This document shows, in pieces, positions 40,224 through 51,800 of a stretch of DNA of 64,000 nt (its first letter is position 1; each line of letters starts with the position of its first letter). The stretch comes from Gordius albopunctatus (taxonomy: Eukaryota): assembly GCA_964276515.1 (NCBI GenBank), contig OZ193909.1, positions 7,998,001 through 8,062,000 of the forward strand, given 5' to 3'. Position numbers and translations under genes: made by a program. The notes under the pieces were generated by a model. The model saw nothing but the letters and a program-made list of their open reading frames with translations, was not told where the DNA came from and did no database searches.

Positions 40224-40505
40224 TTGCAAATATATTGGCTGCAAAAGTTAATGACTATTTGAGGATGTATCTTTATTTTTAAAGTTTATTGTATGTTATG
40301 ATCTCTTTATGAATGGATTAAGTTTGTAAAAATATTTATAAAAAGGGAGAATGTTTAAAAAGGTTTGTGTTTTTTTTATATATTTGCCAATAAATATTAT
40401 ACAACAAATCAAAGGTTTTCTCTTAATAAAATACGAAATAAAAACCTATATATATTTATAACATATGATGCGAAACAGATATATTCAAAAAGCATTCCAA
40501 AATCA

Positions 40506-42629
40506 ATGACGGGTATAGCGATGTCTCAAATTAAGGTGTCTTACCTTGAACTCATATTGCAAATGATGAACAATTTGCACAATGATACGATGAATTTCAG
40601 AAAACCCTATATACGGAATTCTTTACGCTACGTTTACCCATTATTTGTTTTTTTGCACGTCATTGTAGCTCTCGTAGGTTTTGGGGGAAATACGTATATT
40701 CTTAAAATTATTTTTTCAAGAGATAAGAAACTATACCGCGACCCAATGTATCTGCTCATAGCTAATTTGGCATTTTCGGATATGATTAAAACGAGTTTGG
40801 CCTTGCCCATAACTTTAGCTCATTTATTAATTCAAAACTGGATTTTCGGAAGTTTCTTGTGTATCTTTTTACCCATGCTTCAATATTTTCCCGTCCACGC
40901 GACTATACTCACATTTATGACCATAGGGATCGACAGGTTCACTTAAATTCTACATGCATACGATACGCTTATTAAAGCCATTAAATAAAATAATTTTAAC
41001 ATTGATATTAAGGTACCGTCATATTATATATCCAATGAAGCCCAGAATACCTGTGGTGCTATGCATTTTGGGAATATGGGTTTTAAGTATATGCATTGTT
41101 TTGCCCTACGCCATTTACGTAATTTATATCGACTTGGAGTCAGTACTTGGTCCTCAATTCAGAGGAGTCGGCCTATGTGTAAAAAATGTGGACCGTAACA
41201 CTAAGGAATACTTAAGGGCTGTTTTCATTTTAGTTTACATAATGCCATTAGCCATTATTGCCTTTCTATTCCTTAAAGCATCTGCAGAGCTTGAAGCCAA
41301 AGCTCCTACCCTTCCTTCTGAGCCATGCATTCCACAACTGAGATCCATTGTTGCAGATGAAAAGGATGATAATAACATCAATTTAAGCCTTAATAGTAGT
41401 ATTGGCTTTTAAAATTTATGATTAATATTACTTGCATTGCATAAAAAACTTTTTAAAGCTTTTGACTATATTCACAATTGTTAATGTACCAGGTTCCCCC
41501 TTTCAGCGAAATTCTTCTATGGAGCTTACGAGTTTAGATAGCCGCTCTCTTGGCCGCGGTACAAAATACTCCAGGGGTTCGAGTGTATTTCGTGAATCAG
41601 TTAAAAATTCTAATAATGTCAGCACCAAGGATAATGATGATGGTAATGGGAAAACAAAAGAATCGATTGCACACGAAACTGATAAAATGGGCAAAAATTA
41701 TTTGCATCCCAACTATACCTATAACAGAAATTCATTAGGTTTAAATCCAAATTTGAATAGATTCAGAATTAGTGGTACTGATTCGGTTTTAAGTGGTACA
41801 TCATCTGGCTATCGTCACAATAGTAGCAGTTACTTAGTGAGACAGTCTATTATAAAAGGCCACATGGATAACATTTCGGATACGGGGTCAGTAGATAGTA
41901 TAAACGTAGAAAGCGAACGCCTTATTCAAAGATATTTGGTAATTTTATTACAGATTAAATGTAATGTAGTGATTATAATTATAATTGATTTCGTTGATTT
42001 AATCTTTTAAGGCTGCCATGGTCATCCTTTTTGCTGTGTGTTGGTGTCCTTTAAACATTTTGGTGTTCACGATGCACTTTGTGTTTGAGGGCGAGCACAA
42101 TTCGGGAAACATCGATATTACATATTTAACTTTTATATGGTTCGCTTTTTTATCGACGTGCGTTAATCCACCACTCTTTTCCCGATGGCAAATGGGAAAA
42201 GATCCTCCAACCTCCGAAAAACGGCTGAAAGGTTATTTCAGATTTAGTAACAGATTTAATATTCGAAGGGGTCCCCATTGTAGCAGGAAAGATGGTGAAA
42301 AGAGTGACATTAAAGTTTTAGAGTACCCCCATTTTAAGCATAGCTTAAGTGTTCCACTAACTAGTAAAATCGAAAAAAGATCCTGGAAACAATTTATTAA
42401 ATCTAATTCATTGAACAACAATTACACAAATGAAATGGCCAATATCCTTAATAATAAGCTTCCTCTTATAAGTGTGCCCCAAAACAAGTATTTACAGGGC
42501 AAAGAGCAATTAAGTGTAGATACTTGGTCAACACGGGATGAAGATTATAATATTGATGCACATTTTAAAAATTACCTTGATCAAACTGGAAAGGACATGG
42601 ACATGCACTCATCGAATAATGTGGATTAA
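40506..42629 (+). CDS. Rhodopsin-like (class A) GPCR, neuropeptide Y/PrRP/orexin-receptor-like orphan, ~626 aa
   Basis: Exons 40506-40936, 41013-41398 (donor could be 3 nt earlier), 41493-41938 and 42012-42629 sum to 1881 nt. Motifs: GN in TM1, NLAFSD in TM2, WIFGSFLC, DRY split by intron 1, CWCP in TM6, NPPLF in TM7. Start Met is the first in-frame ATG; an upstream exon is possible. Confidence 0.9.
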
Positions 42630-43186
42630 AGAATAGGAAAGCGTATAAATTCGAAGCAAAACCTTTACCAACCTTAATCTTGCCTTTGCCTCAAGGGTAA
42701 AAGAATGAAAAAGAAGTTTTAGAAAACCAAATCAAGGTTTTAATAATAAAGCTTACTTGAATTCGTTTTCACGAGAAGACCCAAACGTGGATAATTAAAT
42801 TATATGATAGGACCAACTTACATTAAATAAATTTGTTTCTATAGCACTTATGGAAAGGATCTCTTTGTAATTTTAAATACAACCTAACCAATTTTGTGTT
42901 TATTTATAATTATTAAAATCTATTTAATTTTTATGCGTATCGTTAGATTGTTATATTACTTTAAAATCATCGAATCGTGTTGTTTGTCTACATATCTTAT
43001 GAAATTTGTTTTGACAATTAAATTGTATAAAAAAAGCTATTTTATAATCAAAAAATATTTATAGTCGATTTTTTAAAAATCCCTATTATTTTTTCAAACT
43101 TAGGGTATGCGATTTAAAATTTATATATATCACAGATAAAGAGTAATATTAATGCCTAAAGATATTGAATTGTTTTAATTTACATA

Positions 43187-44137
43187 TAGGGGAGACCGGG
43201 GCCTAAATAGCCATAAAAAATTAAACCACTTTAAAAAAAATACTAATGAAGATTTTTATAATTTTTTTATTGGAATACATTTCTATAGTCTATTTCTATT
43301 ATAGGAAAGAAAATTGAGAAAAAAGAGCGTATAGTTTTTCCATAAATTGATTGAGTTCAAAAAAATCAAAAATCCTAAAAATTTCAAAAGTGCCCGGGGT
43401 TAGTTATAGCTCTGTTCAGGGGATAGATTAACCCTGACGTCTTAACTTCGTAATAGTGTATGCTAACTTAAATCAATAAAAATATTGTTAAATTATATAA
43501 AACATAGAAAATTTAAATGTAATATGATTGTATTTTATATAATCAAAATAAAAAAAGGATCAAGATGACAATCTGACTTAAGTACACCTAAAAGACATAT
43601 TCTGATATGTAAAATACCTTTAGTCGTTTTTTTAAGTATAATCATAGTCTATTTCTATTCTTAATTACACTAAGTTGAATTATAAACAAGATTTTTGTTT
43701 TTTAAAATTTTTTCATTTGTAAGGCCAAATGAAAAATGGCTATAACTAGCCCCTCTCCGACTAGCCCCGATCCCTATTTTTATGAACAATTAATAATCGA
43801 ACATGTTATATTGCGAATAAAAATTTAATCGTTAGGCAGTTTTTATATAAAAAATATCCCTTTATAAGATAAAACTTGAATTAGTCCAAAATATAGAGCC
43901 AAAAAATTTTATGTGCAAAATACAAAATTTTGTCAAGGTTACTAATAGCCCCGAAAAATCGTTTTTCATCCATAAAAATTTTAAATTTTATTTTTTTCTA
44001 AACAAACATTTTTTTACTTATACCTTATAAAAACATACACATAAGGTTTAAATTTTAATAATAAATCATCATTATTTTTAAAAATAATTACAAAGATAAT
44101 AGTAACCCCGGGCTACGACTAGCCCCGGTCTCCCCTA
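43187..44137. mobile_element. Non-autonomous TIR DNA transposon with TA-flanked GGGGAGACCGGGGC termini
   Basis: taggggagaccggggc at 43187 and gccccggtctccccta ending at 44137; internal tagcccc repeats; a partial inverted copy lies at ~2440-3070. Confidence 0.85.
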
Positions 44138-44499
44138 TTATTTTAAAGATTATTTCCACATTTTAAATATTTAAAAAACTAATTTTATAATAGACATAAA
44201 CCATCTTATAATTTGCTAAATATTAGCATTTAATTGTGTTGTTATTTATTAGGTCAATTCTATATTCAACTTGCAAGAGTTCTAGTTAATAGAAGCTTAA
44301 TTAATAGAGCCGTGCAAAATAAATATATTTCGGCTCGAGTTCGATGTCTTAATTTTTAATACTTTAATAAATATATATCTAATTTTAACACAATTCGTTT
44401 TAAATACTACAATTTTAATATAATAATATAAAAGGAGCGTTATAGAAATAATATGCCTTAATCCTTCTCTTTTAAAAAGAGGCCAGGAATCCAAGGAAG

Positions 44500-45180
44500 A
44501 TTTGAAATTAAATTTTCGATTAAAATTGCTATTGTTTAATAAAAATGCTGGGGAATATTTTATAAGGAGGGGATCGTCTGCCTAATTCTTTGTAAAAAGT
44601 CAACGCCATTTTTCCATAAGATTCTAAAAAGGTAGAAATTATTGGGATAAAAATACTTGACACCAAGATGGTCTTATATTTTTTTGAGACTGCGATCTTC
44701 GAGAAGGGTATTTTAAGGGGTGAATAAATCGATGCATTTAAAGTCCCATTTTGAATAGGCGATAATTTTTCCATAGGACTAGTGAGGAACCGTCAGGTTG
44801 CATTCGACCTTCACGGGTGAGTCTGACGGTTCAATTAAGGAGCGAAATTTGGTCTTTTTAAGGGCTGACTGGATGATGGCATTGATTTTAGCGAGTGACA
44901 AATGTCTGAATTTATTCAAAATGCATTATAACGGGTGGCGTGCTTCTTCAAGCATAAATGCTTAGGTGTATTTGATTCCAAAGTAGTGCTACATTGATGA
45001 AGGATAGCTCGCAATTCTCTAATATCATATTGAAAAATTTGACCAATACGGCCATTCATGACCCAATTGGTCAAAAGCCAATGACCTAATATTTCAATGA
45101 TGTTAGGGGTCGCATGTCGAAAGAAGGTAAGCAACGGACAACGACTCCAAACTTGCATCCAAATCTTTTTGGGCATAGGA
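44500..45180 (-). mobile_element. Decayed C-terminus of an RLE-type (CRE/R2-superclade-like) non-LTR retrotransposon
   Basis: Minus-strand pieces ILGHWLLT..GRI, ELRAILH and FIPIISTFLESYGKMALTFYKELGRR resemble the zinc-knuckle plus restriction-like endonuclease tail. Confidence 0.45.
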
Positions 45181-45571
45181 TTATGGCATATTAGCCCCTA
45201 ACCCGGCCCAACTTTTTCAAAATTTAGAAATTTAGGCGAATTTCAATGTTATCAATTTGATTGCTATTAATACGTAATTTAAAGCAAGGATAGGTAGGAT
45301 GAACAAATAATCCAATTTTTGTTGCTACAATTTTATTAACTAAAGTTTTTGAAGTGAAAATTAACTTTAAATAATCAAAAAATTAACGATTTAAAATAGA
45401 TAAACTATTTAAATTATTTATTTTTTGTTCTAACAGTTACTATGTATTGTTTAAATAAATAATGGAATTAATAATAAGCTTTAATCAAATACCAAGATGA
45501 GAGGTTGAAGCTATAAAGTTTTATTATGTCCATATAGGCTGTACGAAGTTAAATATTTTATATATATGTGG

Positions 45572-45714
45572 CATCGGCGTAGCCAGGTTTTGGATAAGGG
45601 AGGGGGGCTAAACGGTTAAAAGTTCAATTAGGGAGGGGCGAAAGATTTTTTAAGGGTTTTTTTGCATTGGATTTTTTTTCGTCATTGAGGGGCCCCCTCC
45701 TGGCTACGCCCATG
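45572..45714. mobile_element. hAT-type MITE (CATGGGCGTAGCC family)
   Basis: catcggcgtagccagg / cctggctacgcccatg; TSD ATATGTGG / ATAGGTGG (1 mismatch). Confidence 0.8.
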
Positions 45715-47799
45715 ATAGGTGGGCTTATTAAAAACATATTATTTAGGTTAGCTAGCTTAGGTTTGCTTTGTACCGAGCTCGCCTCAAGTCGGGCTGGCCC
45801 ATCAGGCCGCCTGACCCAAGCCCGATTTTACTAATTTTTGTCCGAAAAATTTAAAATCGTTCGATAATAACTTGTACGGTCCGAATATATGATAAAATTT
45901 TACAGAAGATTAATAAAAAATTTATCGTAAATATTGGTTAGTTTTCTTACTTAAAGCCTTTTGATCGACCAAAGATATTTCTAAACATAATTATTTTTAA
46001 ACGTTAGAGCACTAGGTATGTAAATATGGTCAATGTACTATTTAAGGCCAAATTTTTCCCTTGGTGCAATTTTCTTTTTTGTATCAGAATTAAGGTTTTT
46101 AACACAGCAATATTATAATACTAGCATCTGGTATATTGATTTGAACATGTTCAATTTTATACCATTGATTTTCTGTTACCATTTGTAGAAAATGGTTGCA
46201 AAATCGCACCGAATGCTTGTGTAAGCTTGGTAAATTAGGGTAATTTAAATGTTAAAAATACTTAAAAGTGGTGACTTTAGCGCAAGAAACGAAGAAGTGG
46301 AAGATCACACATAAAGTTTTAGACTAAGATTTGCAGGCATTGCTGGCTGTGCATGAGGCTTAATCGTAACAGCAATTTATATGCGTCATAATTACATTTG
46401 AAACTTTCAATACGTCTGCGTGAGAAAGATTCAAAGCAGAGATCAGATTGCCCAGGGCAACTGTCCTAAATTTTTATTTTCGGACGGGCGCGGGCGGGCA
46501 CGATGATAGGATTCGGGCAATTCGGACTTAATGAAATTTTTTATTATATGAAAATGCTAAAGAGCTAAGAAACTCGATTTCGCCATCCGTCCCCAAGTTA
46601 TTTCTATAATTTTTGGCCGGACCACACGATTTCCATCTAGTCCCTATCCCAAGCTACGTTCATGGAAAGGATTGAAATATTTATATCTGCCGCCTCCACA
46701 TAATACAAATGCCTAAATTGACACAATGCATGCAATTGTTAAATTTCTTTTTAATATCATATTTTTTTAACAGATCTTACCAATTTGATTATTCCCTTAT
46801 CACTCGTTGCAATCGCTTAGCTATTACTTATTTTTATAATAATAAATTTCTATACCTTTATTTTTTTGCTTTAAATTAAAAAAATCTATAAATTACATAT
46901 AAAATGCGTAATTGTTTTTTTTTATCAAAAACGTAAGTTCTAAGGGTACAGATTTACTAATTGAATTAATTTTATTCATTAAGAAGTTTATCTATAGGGT
47001 AGAAGCTTAAACGGGTTAACCCAAAAGAAAAGTATAATTTTGATTATTGAAAGATTATTTATAAAATAGGTATACTTTAAACTTAATTAAAAAATTGCTA
47101 CATAAATATTTTCATGGACATCGGCTGCATTTAATTAATATTTTGCTGTTATATGACTTGTAAACATTCTAACATGTTTGCATTAGCAATTAATATAATA
47201 AAATATTATGAACTAGAGCGGTTTTGCTAGTAACAATATTTTAAAGAAACTTTGGCCAAATATTTTAGAAAGACCAAAAATACTACGTTTTTTTTGACCA
47301 ATTAGGATTAAAATTAAAGATCAAAAGTTTCATTTGGAAAAATCATTCGACCTTTAAATAATATAGGAAATTAGATTTTATTAGGGATATTAAAATATTG
47401 TTATATTTGTTTGATTCAATATGCCATCAATTTAATGCTTATTTTTAATAGTCGTTAAAAGAATTAGAGATTGCGAAATTTCGGGTATAAGAGGCAAATT
47501 TAATATTTCGGGCAGCTCTAGTGTTTCGGGCGGGCCCGGGCGGACACCTAGAAGGGTTCGGGAATGAAATTCCAAACAAATCTGACCTCTGATTCAAGGT
47601 TTGAAATGGTTTTAGATAAAATGAATGAAAGGCATCGGAATATAGAAAAACCACTTGCCAAATGCTGCTAATTAGTAATAAAAAAAGTTATTTCTCCAAG
47701 GACTTGTGAGGATGATATTGAGGTATTCTTTAAAAATCATGTTTAAAAGATCATTTGTAACTTCTAGCAAACTATTAACTTAAAAGTAAGGCAAAATCG

Positions 47800-48045
47800 C
47801 CATGGTCAGGCGACAATGCTCTCTTTTTGGTGAAACTGCTAAAACTTGGCGGAACACTTAATACCGAACGCTACCAACAACATATGATCGAATACTTATG
47901 CTTTATGTAAAACACGATCAGAAATTTAGAGATAACAGTGATTTTGCCTCATGATAATGCACCAGGATTACGGTTTAGGCTTTTAGTTAAAAGTATGTTT
48001 GCATGCCGCTTACTCACCAGAATTAGATTCCTCAGATTACTAATT
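47800..48045 (+). mobile_element. Degenerate mariner transposase fragment
   Basis: Remnants LLKLG.TLNTERYQQHMI, VILPHDNAP and AYSPELDSSDY match the mariner HDNA and YSPDLAPSDY motifs. Confidence 0.7.
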
Positions 48046-48893
48046 AAAGTGGGCCACTGTTTTTTGTGTTTATCAAATTTCCAGACATGTGAAAATCATG
48101 TAAAGCTAGACATGGGCAATATTTTGAATAAGATATTTCAATCTTTATTGACGCAATATACATGTAAATAAAAACTTTTGACGATTGAAATTTGATAAGG
48201 TGTCATAAAGAAGTGCACTGCGTGAAATTTGTGATTACATATGGGGTTAAAACAGATTTTTATGATTATTTACTAATTTGAACACACAAATTTAACCATA
48301 GATGTTTGAGGTTAAATTATTTCGATAGAGAATTTATTAGAAACTAAATGCACCAAAATTTAAGAGGATAGCAGCATTACTTTTAAAAATTATACAAAAT
48401 TATTAAAATTAATAAAACGCACCATGAGCGTAATTTTGGCCCTTTGAGCGTCCATAACTTAAAAAAATTGGCCCAAAATGGCTAAAATTTTCAAAAATCA
48501 CTATAATATGTGAGGCCTACACTTTTACTAAATATTATCCAAATCTAAGATGGTCGGTCGAAAATCGACTTTTTTACGATTCAATATGGAATAGGCATAT
48601 TAAACACTAAAATTAGGGGAAACGCTGTATGCAAGCAAAAAAGAACTGCAACGATATAAGGTTTGGTAGATATTAGTAAATTATGGCGGGAAAATAGAAT
48701 CCCAAAATACGAATTCTACTTTGAATTTCTAATTTTTTGAAACTTTACTAAAATCAATTACTGTTACAACATCAAGCTTTAATTATATATACATCAAATA
48801 CGCAGTGAAGGATATATATATAAATTTAAATATTAAACAAGTAAAGTCAAAATGTGAAAATTGAGTGTGTGTAAAAACAGCTTATGGGACAGA

Positions 48894-51800
48894 TTAGTTT
48901 TTTCCGAGTTCGTCAGTGTCATTCTTTGATGGTGGATAAATAATAGTTTCCAACTTTCGACTTGAATTTTTCAAATTTTCTAGAGCGTATTTTACAGATC
49001 TTTTAGCATCATCCATTTCCTTCTTTAAAGTCTCGGTCTCCTTGTGATTACTGTGCAACTTATCCTCGAGCTTCTTAATTTCGTCCCCGCAACGCTTAGC
49101 CTTGTTTGTTTCCTTCTCCACAGATAATTTCAAGGCGACTAATCACACATATCAAATATTAAATACAACAAAATCTCCACTTATAAAAGGTAGACTAACA
49201 CACCCATTTACTGAATTTTTTACGCAATATTCAGTACATATTCATCTCTCAGTAGTAATTAGGATAACCTAAAAGTACGTCGAATCTTATATATCAAATT
49301 ACTTCCAATTCTTAATGAAATTTACATACCCAATTCTTTATTAAGTTCTACAAATTTGTTGTCGGCAATGAGAGACGCTTCTTCTAAAGTACGTAACCGC
49401 TTAAGAAGATTCGGTACATCGACGTGGCTATAGGAATTTACAGATCCGACCCCATCTGAGTGTTCAACATCTGTAGCAGCCGTTCCGCGATCACTTAGCC
49501 TTTCGACATCTGATTTATTGCCTTTACACAAATATTAAGATATAAAAGCTATTATTTGAACTTTTAACAAAACCCGAGATTAATTGTAAGCTATATCGAC
49601 TAATATGAATTTTCATCTGAATTTACCAAAAATAAATGCTTCAAATCATATTTCTACAAAATTCATTTATAAATATTTAGCATAAAAAATCTGACATTGT
49701 GCGCAATTTAGACAAAATAAAATTATTACACGTAATTAATAGATTTAAAACGAATTAAAAAGTAGTAAACACGTACCAAAAGTGAGTTCTTTATAAACAA
49801 ATGTTGATAATATAATTGGAACAGGAGCCTTCTCGTTATAATGGCCGTCAGTTAACGAACGGTAATTTAGGGTATCTTTGGATATCTGGTGACTGTAAAG
49901 TTTTCTCACCTAATGTAATTAACGATTTAATGCTATCGAAAGAGTACAAATATTGATCTAAATTGTCAATTTAATATATTAAACCCTACCTGGGCCCTAT
50001 TAAGGGCAAGGTCTAATGAGAATAGAATCGCTTCGAGATCTTTTTCCAAGAGATGACCGTTAAAAGTTGTGTCGAAGTAGGTGAAACTCATGAGCAAAAA
50101 AGGATCTTTTATGTAAGGCTTCCTATTTTTGAAACTTTCTCTATGGTCTGCCCTTTTATCATCGTTTTTGGTTAGAGCGGTATCGTTGTCCTCAGCCGTT
50201 TTCATGTCTAAGATGGTCACATTTAACAGGTTAAATTGAAATAAAGTACAAGCAAAATGGAAAGAATTATAGGGAAATTTTACCTAATACCCTAGGCACC
50301 AAAATCATGTCCTGCTTAATTTAAAAAGTGCCATAACAAATTTTTAAGCTGTATAGAAACGCTTTCCGCTTTAACTTTCACGTAAAATCCAAAAAAAAAT
50401 CAAGGTTACGTATGCAAAAACCGACTTAAGTTCTCCTTGACCTATAGGACATAAAAATTGTCTACAGTTAAAAAGGTTCTCTTGTTCAATTTAATTTTTT
50501 TTAGTTTTTGTAATTCCATTTTATTAAAAGAATTTTAAGCCGACCAAAGAGGATATAAAGCCACAACAAAAATCAATAAAATAATGGCGCTAGGGTTAAG
50601 GCTTATGAAAGCTATAAAAGTTTTACTCTTCAATTAAAATTAAACCCTAGCCCCTTCCTCCTAGCTAAATTAGTTTTTCCAAAAATGAATTTATATTCTC
50701 ACAATGTTGGGTGGGATAAAAATGGAAAAAGAGTTATTGGAAAAATTATACAAATGAGGCTTAAGCCGATGAAAAGAAGCGTCATAATTTTTGAATAACA
50801 GCGGGTTATGGGTAATGGCAGTGTGTCAATGACATATTAAGTTAAAAAACAAAATCGAATTTGTCTATTTTAAGTTATTGAGACTTAATATAGGTTTTAA
50901 ATAGGTGTACCAGAAAAATCTATGCCTAATTTATCACAAAAACTACATTTTACCAATGTATAAATGGGAAAAATAACAACTAGGCCTATATACCTAAAAT
51001 TAAAAAAAAATACCATTCTTTCTTGGGTTGGCAGTAATTGAACTATGGCTTTTGTCCTCTTGTAAAGTTTCTTCCTGTTTAACACCGGACTGAAGTAATA
51101 AATAAATTATTTAACTACATCAACACATTTTGACAATTTAATATGCACATCGTATAGCGATAAACCAATAAATAGAGATTAGGTCAGTTTATAATCAATG
51201 AACATAGCGCAGCAAACTTAAATAACTCTTGTAACTATTTGATTTTTTGAATTAAATTTACACGGATAACGATGTAGTCTACAAACTCTACCCTATCCTT
51301 AAATCTAAAATCTACTCTTACGCTGCTTTTATCGAGGGAATTCGGAGAATCAGAGGAAGTGTCTATTTGTTTGGTGCCGTTGTTACAAAGGGCAAGATAG
51401 ATGTAATAGCCAAAATCGCGTTGAAGCATATCGTTGAAGGCTTCGGCAAATAATGATACCTATACCCAAAAATAGGGTAAAAATTGTGAGGATAAATTAA
51501 CGAAAAATATTGGCATTTCTACAAAATCTATGAATGTGGTTTATCAATCTTATATATAAAAATGTGTATGTATGTGTGTATGTATGCCGCCACCAATTTT
51601 GGAGAACTACCAGACCGATTTGGCTCAAAATTTTACAGTTTATTCCCCACACTCCGGAGCATGTTTTAAGATATGTTCGAGCCAAATCAGTCCAGGAGTT
51701 TTTGAGTTAGTTCGTTTTATATGTTTTGTCGTTTAATAAACCGTCAATCAAACGCAACAATAAATATTGATATATCTCAGTTCTTCGGACATTATTAAGT

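Noticed and set aside
46280..46570. Possible hAT dimerisation-domain remnant
   Set aside because: Similarity is faint and interrupted by stops; not enough to call.
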